DNA from: Haliotis rubra
Taxonomy: Eukaryota
Reading direction: 5' to 3'
Assembly: GCF_003918875.1 (NCBI RefSeq)
Contig: NW_025767174.1
Location: 310,001-374,000 of the forward strand
DNA: 64,000 bases
The stretch's first letter is position 1, and every line of letters begins with the position of its first letter. This document shows positions 37,620 to 50,500 of this stretch, one piece after another. The translations under genes were made by a program, and so were the position numbers. Below the pieces are notes generated by a model. That model saw nothing but the letters and a program-made list of their open reading frames with translations, made no database searches and had not been told where the DNA came from.

Positions 37620-40100
37620 TGTGGTTTTACATGGATCATGGCCAGATTGACATCAATCGTGGTTGTGACTTTCCATGCGTCAATTTAAGCTCTGTATCTG
37701 CCAGTGGTGTGACTTTACATGTGTCTTGACCAGAATGACACCTGCCGTGTTAACTTTACATGCATCAAGATCAAATTGAGACTGGGCATCACTGTGACTT
37801 TACATGCACCAAGACCAGATTGACATTAAGCATGGTTGTAACTTTATATAGGTCAAGACCAGACTGGCCATGCACATGGCCATGGCATTGTGGCTGTGAT
37901 TTTTACATGGGTCTAGACCAGATTGGGCACTTTACATAGGTCAGACTAGATTGACTGTGGTTGTGACTTTACATAGGTCTAGACCAGATTGACATTGGCC
38001 ATGGCTGTGACTTTACATAGGTCTTTGACATTGGCCATGATTGTAACTTTACCCAGATTGACATTAGCCATGGCTGTGACTTTACATAGATCAAGACCAG
38101 ATTGACATTGGCCAAGGCTGTGACTTTACATAGGTCTGACTTTGACACTTTACATAGGTAGACAGATACATAGGTCTTCAGACCATACATTGATTGTGAC
38201 TTTACATAGACCAGATTGACATTTTACATGGCCATGACCAGATTGACATTGGCTGGCTGTGACATAGGTCTAGACCAGATCTGCCAGTGGTGACTTTACA
38301 TGTGTCTTGACCAGAATGACACCTGCCATGTTAACTTTACATGCATCAAGATCAAATTGAGACTGGGCATCACTGTGACTTTACATGCATCAAGACCAGA
38401 TTGACATTAAGCAAGGCTGTGTCTTTATATAGGTCAAGACCAGACTGACATTAAGCATGGTTGTAACTTTATATAGGTCAAGACCAGAATAGCACTGGCC
38501 ATGGTTGTGTCTTTACATGGGTCTAGACCAGATTGGCATTGGTCATGGCTGTGATTTTACATAGGTCTAGACCAGATTGACATTAGGCATGGCTGTGACT
38601 TTACATAGGTAGGCCAAGACCAGATTGGCATTGGCCAAGGCTGTGACTTTACATAGGTCTAGACCAGATTGACATTGGCCATGGCTTGTGACTTTACATA
38701 GGTCTAGACCAGATTGACATTGGCCATGGCTGTGACTTTACATAGATCTAGACCAGATTGACATTGGCCATGGCTGTGACTTTACATAGGTCTAGACCAG
38801 ATTGACATTTGCCATGGATGTGACTTTACATAGGTCTAGACCAGATTGACATTGGCCATTATTGTAACTTTACATAGGTCTAGACCAGATTGACATTAGG
38901 CATGGCTGTGACTTTACATGCATCAAGACCAGATTGACATTGGCCAAGGCTGTGACTTTACATAGGTCTAGACCAGATTGACATTGGCCATGGATGTGAC
39001 TTTACACAGGTCAAGACTAGATTGACATTTGCCAAGGCTGTGACTTTACATAGGTCTAGACCAGATTGACATTAGGCATGGCTGTGACTTTACATAGGTC
39101 TAGACCAGATTGACATTGGCCATGGCTGTGACTTTACATAGATTAAGACCAGATTGACATTGGCCAAGGCTGTGACTTTACATAGGTCTAGACCAGATTG
39201 ACATTGGTCATGGATGTGACTTTACACAGGTTAAGACTAGATTGACATTGGGCATGGCTGTGACATTACATAGGTCTAGACCAGATTGACATTGGGCATG
39301 CCTGTGACTTTACATAGGTCTAGACCAGATTGACATTAGGCATGGCTGTGACTTTACATAGGTCTAGACCAGATTGACATTGGCCATGGCTGTGACTTTA
39401 CATAGATTAAGACCAGATTGACATTGGCCGAGGCTGTGACTTTACATAGGTCTAGACCAGATTGACATTGGCCATGGATGTGACTTTACACAGGTTAAGA
39501 CTAGATTGACATTGGGCATGGCTGTGACATTACATAGGTCTAGACCAGATTGACATTGGGCATGGCTGTGACTTTACATAGGTCTAGACCAGATTGACAT
39601 TGGCCATGGCTGTGACTTTACATAGGTCTAGACCAGATTGACATTGGCCATGGCTGTGACTTTACACAGGTTAAGACTAGATTGACATTGGGCATGGCTG
39701 TGACATTACATAGGTCTAGACTAGATTGACATTTGGCATGGCTGTGACATTACATAGGTCTAGACCAGATTGACATTGGGCATGCCTGTGACTTTACATA
39801 GATCAAGACCAGATTGACATTGGCCATGGTTGTGACTTTACATAGGTCTAGACCAGATTGACATTAGGCATGGCTGTAACTTTACATAGATCAAGACCAG
39901 ATTGACATTGGCCAAGGCTGTGACTTTACATAGGTCAAGACCAGATTGACATTGGCCAAGGCTGTGACTTTACATAGATCAAGACCAGATTGACATTAGG
40001 CATGGTTGTAACTTTACCTAGGTCTAGACCAGATTGACATTAGGCATGGTTGTGACTTTACATGCATCAAGACCAGATTGACATTAGGCATGGCTGTGAT
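37620..40100. repeat. 44-bp minisatellite (gaccagattgacattggccatggctgtgactttacataggtcta), ~55 copies
   Basis: Direct periodicity, e.g. 38707 to 38751. Confidence 0.97.
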
Positions 40101-40413
40101 AAGGAAAATATCCGGCTTTCATTACGTGCTATGGCAAAGGCTATTACATTTATATATATATATACTAAAAATTAACTGTTAAATATATACAGGAAATGAA
40201 CTCACATTCGTCCTTTCACAACAAAATCAAAATCACACTCTCTTTTGAACAAACACATTCGCGCTCAACCATACAGACGCACATCACCACACATGCACGC
40301 GCGCACGCACGCACGCGACGCATCGCGCGCGCACGCACATTCGCACGCACACATTCTTGCACACACACATAACCACATACATACATAATCACAATGTAAT
40401 CTATGATGACAGT

Positions 40414-40626
40414 CTAGTTCCTCATCCGCTTAGCGGCATGAAGGGTATCGGCAAATTCCACAGCCTTTCTCTTGCCACAGGTCACTGCCCTGATAGGCTC
40501 ATTTGTTCCAGACGTGTTCGTCCTTGACCTCTTAATGCCTTTCACATCTTGGACATCGTCATGCTGCCTCTTTCTGCCCTTGGCTTGGGTCACGAGCTCA
40601 TCGTCTCCGCCACCATGAGAGCCGGC
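40414..40626 (-). CDS. Uncharacterised gene, terminal exon (two bipartite NLS-like motifs)
   Basis: ttattccag acceptor. AGSHGGGDDELVTQAKGRKRQHDDVQDVKGIKRSR..GKRKAVEFADTLHAAKRMRN*. Confidence 0.65.
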   Translation of the reverse strand, partial: AGSHGGGDDELVTQAKGRKRQHDDVQDVKGIKRSRTNTSGTNEPIRAVTCGKRKAVEFADTLHAAKRMRN

Positions 40627-41330
40627 CTGGAATAAGAAAACGTTTGTAGTTCAGGTCCCGAACTGACAACATTGGGAGAGGTGATACCATCTAGAAACTA
40701 ATATAAACGATGGATGTGTGGGTTAGGTGGTGTCAATGTGGCACCAGAGGACGACAGTGCCACGATCACCGGCTGTCAGTCAGTCATAAAGCTGCTATTA
40801 TGGATTAATAGGTTACTCTTGCCAACACATTATTTTCAGAAAAAAACATCTGTACATGTATTTTCAGCTCTCACGGGAGACTCTCCTTCCACTAGAAGTC
40901 ATATCATTTCAGAATATCCAGCAAGTTATGAAATAGTATATCTGCACACTAGTGGACGTGGTCCCTGTTTGATTGAAAACGCTGTGTTTCTTTTGTCAGT
41001 TATAGTCTAGCTATATGATGCCGGACAAATCAGGATTAACATCATGAGCATCGATCTATGCAATCAAGATACGATGACAGGCATCCTCATGTCAGCAACC
41101 TGACTTACTACCGCCTTGAAATAACGGTTCTAAATCTATCCACTTCACTAATCCACCATTCCACATTTTATCCAAGAATCATTATTAAATCATTTATTTT
41201 TACAAGACTAATAACCTAAAGACCTCTTACCATTCCATATCAGTATGGACCTTCACACTGACCTGATTCATGTTAACATGACATTAAAGTGAGATACTGT
41301 TACATGTGTCAACACTTGTGGTTCACTTAC

Positions 41331-41459
41331 ATTCAGGGCGTGTTTGAGACTCAGTTTTGACATGGGTGGGACAAGGGTAGCGATGACGTCCCCTACATAG
41401 GGGGCTGTTGGTTGTGCAGGGGGCCGGAGGAGGCCAATGATGTTGGTGTCGTAGTCAAT
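41331..41459 (-). CDS. Uncharacterised gene exon
   Basis: ag/gtaagt, phase 0-0. IDYDTNIIGLLRPPAQPTAPYVGDVIATLVPPMSKLSLKHALN. Confidence 0.65.
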
Positions 41460-42042
41460 CTGGAAGAGGAGACAACCTATTTTGTAGAATGTTTACACGT
41501 GTAATCAGTTTGTTGTTTTGTAGCTATATGACAGCAGTCTGTATATAATCGAGTCTGGAGCAGACATTCCGGTGAGTGACATCATAAGCATCGATCTTCG
41601 AAACATACATTAACTAAGTCAGCGAGCCTGACCACATGATATCATTAGTCGCCTCTTAAACAAGCCTGGGTTGCTGGAGACCCTGATCTCCACAGGTCTG
41701 TCAAATTTGTAGAAGAAATATAAATGGAATAGACCTATGCAAGTGGTTGAAAGTAAAAACATCAACCACTTAATCAAGCATCATAACGTAACTATTACAA
41801 ATCATTGACGCTATTCAAGGTATAGTTTGAGTCTTGAATAGCATCAATGTTTGTAACACTGAATGCCAACGAAAAGAAAGAACCCTAAATATGAAGCACA
41901 CCAGAAATGCTCCTGCGATGGTGATGTTTTGGGGAGCTTAATTCAAGTTTTTTCACTGAGTTTGGCGTCAAATCCGAATTGCATGTGTATATTTTTCTAT
42001 TGATCAACAGTTAATGTCACATAGCACATCGCTTCCACCTAC

Positions 42043-42078
42043 CATGTCTTCATCAAACCACGGGGCGAAGGCTCGAGG
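42043..42078 (-). CDS. Uncharacterised gene micro-exon
   Basis: tttcag/gtaggt, 36 nt. PRAFAPWFDEDM. Confidence 0.55.
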
Positions 42079-42830
42079 CTGAAAGGTTAAGAAACACCAT
42101 TAGCTTTGCTCTATTCTGTTTGTTTGTTGTTTAACCCCGCACACAACTATATTCCAGCTATATGGCAACGGTCTGTAAGTAATAGAGTCTGGACCAGACA
42201 ATCCAGTGATTGACATTATGTGCATGAATCAACACAAGTAGGATATACAAGCATGGGTTGCTGAAGACCAATTCTAACCCGTATCTTATCAGGTTAATTT
42301 TCTCTTAATCATTTGAAACGTTGACAATTAAGGCAAGAGACAATGTGCATTTCACAGTGTGCGGGCCTACCCTGTAAGACGACACATGCAAGGACTAGTT
42401 ATACTAGTATCCCTTAGATGGTAATGAACCGATAGATGATTTCCTCAGATGAGTTCACAACACCAAGTGACATTATCAGAGTTAGCAGACGAAGCACAGC
42501 AGAATTTGGACGACTATTCAAACATAGATTTGACTACAGCCTCATTCCAGATCAGCAACCCCTTCAATACACATAATACTTTTTCATGGGTTGCTCACAG
42601 GGACACCTACCTCCTGTTTACATAGGGGTATTGGTTCATCCCATAGATGGCATCCCCACAGCAGTTTATTGAGGGGGTTAAACTCTTTGGTCATGTGGAA
42701 AAAGCGTTCGACTTCGGTCCGTGGTTTGAACCCCAGCTCGGAAGTATTATGCCCGCTACACCTACTTTTCCTAAGTGTTTTGAGGAAGACGTTCTGTACC
42801 AAGCATGAAGTGATGGACAGTGCGACTCAC

Positions 42831-42896
42831 CTGTGGCTTGTATCTGATGGCGTGGAGCTTCTCATCCAGAGAGACAGAGTTCATGGATTTGCGGGC
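42831..42896 (-). CDS. Uncharacterised gene exon
   Basis: tttcag/gtgagt, 66 nt. ARKSMNSVSLDEKLHAIRYKPQ. Confidence 0.65.
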
Positions 42897-43059
42897 CTGA
42901 AAGACATCAACATGAATCAGTTTTACAAACTTTGTACCATAATTTGAGTAGATAAACTAGATTTTAGTTGTTTGAAGGTCGATGTTTGTAGAACAGTATT
43001 ATTCTGTGGCTTAGAATGGATGTAGCTTTGAATAGCATTTTCAGTGATATAGATAAACT

Positions 43060-43680
43060 TTCCATGTAACAGTGAAGGTATTGTAGCTATCATTTCACTA
43101 CTTACTACTGACACAAGTAAACTGCTATTACCACAGGTAAACTGCTATTACCATTGTTGGACTAACTGCACTATAACTACAGCTACCATAATTAAACCTC
43201 CGCTACGATAGCTAAGCTACCACTATCAAAGATTAACTATCTCTACCATGGCTAAACTATCACTACCACCATATAACTTAACTAAATTGTACTAATACCA
43301 CAACTAAACGTCCACTACAATAGTACAGCTACTACTACCATAACTAAACTATCACTACCAAACTGCTGAAACAACAGCTACACTACTGAGAGCTAAACAA
43401 ACAGCACTGCAACTGAACTATACCACAGCTAAACTACTCTCATCACAGTTCAACTACAACTAAACACGTAAACACCGGTAACCTAGGTAAACTACACTAC
43501 CATAACTAATGAAGTGACATCACACGTAAATTACCACTACCACAGGTGTACTACCACTACCACAGCTACTGACACCACTACCAGTCAACTACAACCACTA
43601 CCACTACCACTACCACATGTGTACTACCACTACCACAGCTACTGACACCACTACCAGTCAACTGCAACCACTACCATAGG
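43060..43680. repeat. Low-complexity (ACT/ACC)n-rich tract
   Basis: Degenerate actacc repeats within an intron. Confidence 0.7.
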
Positions 43681-43869
43681 TAATCTGATGCTATTTAGGG
43701 GGCATGGGGTAGCCCAGAGGTTAAAGCATTCGCTTATCATGCTGATATCATGTTCGATTCCTCACATGGGTACATTGTGTGATGCCCATTTCTGGTGCTG
43801 GAATATTGCTAAAAGCGGCATAAAAGCCAACTCACTCACTCACACACTGATACTATTTCTGTATCTCAC

Positions 43870-44073
43870 CTGGAGGATATGTCCAGCAGCAAGTCTTGCC
43901 CTCAGGATTGCAGTGAGACGTGAGTCTTCATCCGGGTATGTAGGGGCGTTCACGGTGTCGGTGATTGATGTTGCCGAGCAGGAGTCTGTATCGGTCTCCC
44001 AGCTGCTACTGTCACAGTCAGACCAGGATTCGTCCCCAGAGTCTGGCATCTCTTGACTTCTCAGCTCCAAAAT
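43870..44073 (-). CDS. Uncharacterised gene exon (acidic Ser/Asp tract); acceptor uncertain
   Basis: ORF 43840-44094 (DSGDESWSDCDSSSWETDTD..GHILQ) ends at a cag|gtgaga donor. Confidence 0.55.
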
Positions 44074-44324
44074 CTGAATCCAAATATCTTGCATGTAACG
44101 TTTCCCATCATGACGTTTTGTTGTTTGAGGAAGTCGTGTGGTTGAGACCTAGATTTGATGAGGTTATGATCCTTGATCGATCAAAAGTCTACAGACTCTG
44201 ACCCGGCCATTCTGTGTATCCACAAGGCAGTGTAACAACAAACATAATCTTTTAATGTCTTTTGGTATGACGAAAATTGGTCTTCAAGCAGATGCCCTAT
44301 TCGCTAACCAAAGGAAACGGTCAA

Positions 44325-44530
44325 GTGTCTAGGTCATAGCCAACTATGGACCATTGAGTCCCATGTCTAGGTCATGGCCAACTATGGACCCTTGCGTCTC
44401 ATGTGGAGATCATGGCCAACTGTGGACCCTCGCGTCCCATGACTAGGTCATGGACAACTATGGACCTTTGAGTTCAATGTCTAGGTCATGACCAGCTATG
44501 GACCCTTGAAACATGTCTTGGTCATGACCA
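44325..44530. repeat. ~35-bp tandem repeat (atgtctaggtcatggccaactatggaccctt), ~6 copies
   Basis: Direct periodicity. Confidence 0.8.
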
Positions 44531-44972
44531 AGCATCCACTTGTAAATCGCACACTCCTTCAACATGTAAAATGTGTACCAGAGTATAATTTGTCTGTTTA
44601 ACCCTTAATTTGTAAATAATCGAGTCTGGGCCAGACAACCCAGCATCATGAGGATCGATCTTAAACACGATGACATGTGTCAACCAAGTCAGCATGCCTG
44701 ACTGCTCGATCCTGTTAGTCGTGTCTTACAACAAGCATGGGTTGCTGAAGATCAATTCTAACCTGTATCTACTCGGGTACCTGATAAAGAACTATACACC
44801 ATATACATGTATTCGCACATACAGTGATGACAACAATGTGATATGTGTAATTATCATCCAATTAAAGAATCCATTAAATAAACAAAATTACCATTTTTAT
44901 TGCCATTTGACGACGGGCCTCATAGTCTGACGAGGCAGATTCTCCACTTGGCTGTGAACAGCTTGGTTTTAC

Positions 44973-45293
44973 CATGGTGGCTGCTGTGTTAGAGGGCTGT
45001 TTCTTCACAGATACTTGCTCAGGGGTGATAACTCTTGTCTTAGCAGATACTTGCTCAGGGGTGATAACTCTTGTCTTAGTAGATACTTGCTCAGGGGAGA
45101 TAACTCTTGTCTTAGTAGATACTTGCTCAGGGGTGATAACTCTTGCCTTAGTAGATACTTGCTCAGGGGTGATAACTCTCGTCTTACCAGACACCTGCTC
45201 AGGGGTGATAACTCTCGTCTTACCAAAGATGTCTTCATCCGAGGGGGAGGAAGGAAGAGCAATTCTTGCAGCTTGTTCGATCCTCAGCTCAGT
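44973..45293 (-). CDS. Uncharacterised gene exon with six 11-aa repeats (KTRVITPEQVS)
   Basis: cttcag acceptor, gtaaaa donor, 321 nt, phase 0-0; contains a 33-bp coding tandem repeat. Confidence 0.65.
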
Positions 45294-45847
45294 CTGAAGA
45301 TATTTGCACACATATACTAGTACTCCATTGTATGTTCTTAGAATAAATTCTAAAGTTTAGACTGTTAGCTTTATAAAAACTACAACCATGTCAATGCTAA
45401 ATGAAATGTTTTAACCCCACTTCAATTTCCTTTCAAACATTTAGATGTAAACCTAAGGTTGGTAAAGGCACTACACTTGTGGGATGTGGGCAAACCTCGA
45501 ACATAGAGCGGACTTAGGACACTGATGGTTACACATCTGAACAGTGACTTAGACTAAGTTTCTGAGAGCTTATACCTTTGATTGCATATACAACATTTAA
45601 CAGATTCCCAGTGGCTTTCGGGACTTGTGGATAATCTTGCTTCATTTAGGGATATTGCGTTCCTGTAAGGGCTTGGCAGACGGGACAATAATGTGGTTCA
45701 GGGATAGTGAGACTGAATAGATTTGTGGCACCCAACCCTTACCCCTCTGCCCTGTCAAGGCTTATTGCTAGTTCAGTTGAGGGGCTGGGAAGGCATAAGG
45801 GTTCCACACCAATAATTCAGACATATGTTTGAACGATCAATGATTAC

Positions 45848-46209
45848 CTTATTTCCAGATGTAGAAGGCTGGATGTTTCTCTTGACATCATTAACTGTTG
45901 TCTTGGCAACAGCATCTCTGGCAGGGGCAGGAGACCAGATGGGCTCTTCCTTGTGTGAAATAACTTTGGCTAAAGCTCCATCTGGAGCGCGGTTCAAAGG
46001 TGAGACTCCCTTCTGAGATTTACCAGCGTTGGAGAAGCCATTTTCAGTGTCTGATGCACCCAGGGTAGTGTAGGCTCTAACAAGGTTTGAGTATCGAGGA
46101 TTCTCCTGGCAATTCGGGTCTGACAAACTTCTGTGAGAAGAGATCCAGTTGTAGAATTGATCCCGTGTTGAAGTGTGAGCTCTGGACTCCCTTTTAGGGA
46201 ATCGCGGAC
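45848..46209 (-). CDS. Uncharacterised gene exon (5'-most resolved; start codon not resolved)
   Basis: ccacag acceptor, aag|gtaatc donor. Open frame PRFPKRESRAHTSTRDQFYNWISSHRSLSDPNCQENPRYSNLVRAY..STSGNK. Confidence 0.6.
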
Positions 46210-46842
46210 CTGTGGACAGAATATTATTTCACTGAGTAAGAGTTTTTGCACTCAGGACTAACATGACATACAATACCCTGTGTCATATTCATGGTTCTTC
46301 TTTTGCCATCATTTCAGTCTATATCCATACCCCCCTGCTATGTTTTATACTGTTATACCATATCATGTCAAATATGAGTAGGTGGGTTTCTGTTTCCTAC
46401 ATAAACCAGAAAAATAAAGAGACGTAATGTAAAACATACAATTGCCATATTATCTGTTACCTAAAGATGTACGAGTGCAAAGTGCTGTATTTAAAATGAC
46501 AACGTCAGAGATTACCGAGTCTCTAATGTACAACATAATCCGTGGGGCGCAAACAGCATGTTAGTAATGTAAAATTATACCCATAAATTGCTGAAAATCA
46601 GTAATGACACCAGGTGTTCACAAAAAGTGTACTAGCCCTAACACTAGCACCCGCTACTCACTCTATTTTTGTCAAAGAAGTAAGAGATAGTGACCAAGGA
46701 AGTGCGAAAACTCATGGCTTTAAGGTCATGGCAATATAACATGGTATTATAAAAATAAAATAAAGTGGCCATTGACCATACTGACGATCAACGAAAAAAG
46801 GTATTTGATTTGGGCATGGTCCAAATACTACACTAATACCTA

Positions 46843-49800
46843 TGACAGAATGTGGGCAAACTACAGAAACTGTAGCTATCACCATCACAGAATGTGGGCA
46901 CTCTACAGAAACTGTAGCTATCACCATCACAGAATGTGGGCACACTAGGGAAACTGTAGCTATCACCATCAAATAATGTGGGTACACTACAGAAACTGTA
47001 GCTATCACCATCACAGAATGTGGGCATACTACAGAAACTGTAGCTATCACCATCACAGAATGTGGGCACACTACAGAAACTGTAGCTATCACAATCAAAG
47101 AATGTGGGCATACTATAGAAACTGTAGCAATCACCATCACAGAATGTGGGCACTCTACAGAAACTGTAGCTATCACCATCACAGAATGTGGGCACACTAC
47201 AGAAACTGTAGCTATCACCATCACAGAATGTGGGCACACTACAGAAACTGTAGCTATCACCATCAAATAATGTGGGCACACTACAGAAACTGTAGCTATC
47301 ACCATCACAGAATGTGGGCATACTTTAGAAACTGTTGCTATCACCATCACAGAATGTGGGCATACTATAGAAACTGTTGCTATCACCATCAAATAATGTG
47401 GGCACACTGCAGAAACTGTAACTATCACCATGACAGAATGTGGGCACACTACAGAAACTGTAGCTATCACCATCACAGAATGTGGGCACACTACAGAAAC
47501 TGTAGCTATCACCATCACAGAATGTGGGCACTCTACAGAAACTGTAGCTATCACCATCACAGAATGTGGGCACACTAGGGAAACTGTAGCTATCACCATC
47601 AAATAATGTGGGCACACTGCAGAAACTGTAGCAATCACCATCAAATAATGTGGGCACACTACAGAAACTGTAGCTATCACCATCACAGAATGTGGGCACA
47701 CTACAGAAACTGTAGCTATCACCAACACAGAATGTGGGCACACTGCAGAAACTGTAGCTATCACCATCACAGAATGTGGGCACACTAGGGAAACTGTAGC
47801 TATCACCATCAAATAATGTTGGCACACTACAGAAACTGTAGCTATCACCATCAAATAATGTGGGCACACTACAGAAACTGTAGCTATCACCATCACAGAA
47901 TGTGGGCACACTACAGAAACTGTAGCTATCACCATCACAGAATGTGGGCACACTAGGGAAACTGTAGCTATCACCATCAAATAATGTGTGCACACTACAG
48001 AAACTGTAGCTATCACAATCAAATAATGTGGGCACACTACAGAAACTATAGCTATCACCATCACAGAATGTGGGCATACTTTAGAAACTGTAGCTATCAC
48101 CATCACAGAATGTGGGCACACTACAGAAACTGTAGCTATCACCATCACAGAATGTGGGCACACTACAGAAACTGTAGCTATCACCATCACAGAATGTGGG
48201 CACACTACAGAAACTGTAGCTATCACCATCAAATAATGTGGGCACACTACAGAAACTGTAGCTATCACCATCAAATAATGTGGGCACACTACAGAAACTG
48301 TAGCTATCACCATCACAGAATGTGGGCACACTACAGAAACTGTAGCTATCACCATCACAGAATGGGGGCACACTAGGGAAACTGTAGCTATCACCATCAA
48401 ATAATGTGGGCACACTACAGAAACTGTAGCTATCACCATCACTGAATGTGGGTATACTATAGAGACTGTTGCTATCACCATCAAATAATGTGGGCACACT
48501 ACAGAAACTGTAGCTATCACCATCACAGAATGTGGGCATACTACAGAAACTGTTGCTATCACCATCAAATAATGTGGGCACACTACAGAAACTGTAGCTA
48601 TCACCATCACAGAATGTGGGCATACTATAGAAACTGTTGCTATCACCATCACAGAATGTGGGCACACTACAGAAACTGTAGCTATCACCATCAAAGAAAC
48701 TGTAGCTATCACCATCAAATAATGTGGGCACACTACAGAAACTGTAGCTATCACCATCAAAGAATGTGGGCACACTACAGAAACTGTAGCTATCACCATC
48801 ACAGAATGTGGGCACACTACAGAAACTGTAGCTATCACCATCACAGAATGTGGGCACACTACAGAAACTGTAGCTATCACCATCACAGAATGTGGGCACA
48901 CTACAGAAACTGTAGCTATCACCATCAAAGAATGTGGGCACACTACAGAAACTGTAGCTGTAGCTATCACCATCACAGAAATGTGGGCATACTACCAGAA
49001 ACTGTAGCTATCACCATCAAATAATCACCATCAAATAATGTGGGCTACAGAAACTGCTGCTATCACCATCACATAACCATCACAGAATGTGGGCACACTA
49101 CAGAAACTGTGTCACAGAATGTGGGCACACTACAGAAACTGTAGCTATCACCATCACAGAATGTGGGCACACTACAGAAACTGTAGCTATCACCATCAAA
49201 TAATGCATCACCATCAAAGAATGTGGGCACACTACAGAAACTGTAGCTATCACCATCACAGAATGTGGGCACTCTACAGAAACTGTAGCTATCACCATCA
49301 CAGAATGTGGGCACACTACAGAAACTGTAGCTATCACCATCAAAGAATGTGGGCACACTACAGAAACTGTAGCTATCACCATCACAGAATGTGGGCACAC
49401 TACAGAAACTGTAGCTATCACCATCACAGAATGTGGGCACACTACAGAAACTGTAGCTATCACCATCACAGAATGTGGGCACACTACAGAAACTGTAATC
49501 ACCATCAAATAATGTGGGCACACTACAGAAACTGTAGCTATCACCATCAAATAATGTGGGCACACTACAGAAACTGTAGCTATCACCATCACAGAATGTG
49601 GGCATACTACAGAAACTGTAGCTATCACCATCACAGAATGTGGGCACACTACAGAAACTGTAGCTATCACCATCACAGAATGTGGGCATACTACAGAAAC
49701 TGTAGCTATCACCATCACAGAATGTGGGCACACTACAGAAACTGTAGCTATCACCATCAAAGAATGTGGGCACACTATCACCATCAACTGTAGCTATCAC

Positions 49801-50500
49801 CATCAAAGAATGTGGGCACACTACAGAAACTGTAGCTATCACCATCACAGAATGTGGGCATTCTATCAGAAACTGTAGCTATCACCATCACAGAATGTGG
49901 GCAAACTACAGAAACTGTAGCTATCACCATCACAGAATGTGGGCACACTACAGAAACTGTAGCTATCACCATCAAATGAACATGGGCACACTACAGAAAC
50001 TGTAGCTATCACCATCACAAAATGTGGGCATACTATAGAAACTGTAGCTATCACCATCACATAATGTGGGCACACTACAGAAACTGTTGCTATCACCATC
50101 AAATAATGTGGGCACACTACAGAAACTGTAGCTATCACCATCACAGAATGTGGCATACACTAAAGAAACTGTCACAGAATGCCATCTATCACCATCAAAG
50201 AATGTGGGCACACTAAAGAAACTGTAGCTATCACCATCACAGAATGTGGGCACACTACAGAAACTGTAGCTATCACCATCACAGAATGTTGGCACACTAC
50301 AGAAACTGTAGCTATCACCATCACAGAATGTGGGCATACTATAGAAACTGTAGCTATCACCATCACAGAATGTGGGCACACTACAGAAACTGTAGCTATC
50401 ACCATCAAAGAATGTGGGCACACTACAGAAACTGTAGCTATCAGTCAGTGGACACACTGCAGAAACTGTAGCTATCACCATCAAAGAAACTGTAGCTTGT
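46843..50500. repeat. 42-bp minisatellite (cagaatgtgggcacactacagaaactgtagctatcaccatca), ~85 copies
   Basis: Direct periodicity; this array explains all long repetitive ORFs at 46.7-50.5 kb. Confidence 0.98.

Noticed and set aside
46712-48976. 754-aa ORF and the overlapping His/Cys-rich ORFs
   Set aside because: They are by-products of a 42-bp (3n) minisatellite open in several frames on both strands, with no unique coding flanks.
31590-50500. CRISPR-like arrays
   Set aside because: Repeats are contiguous with no unique spacers, there are no cas genes, and the context is eukaryotic.
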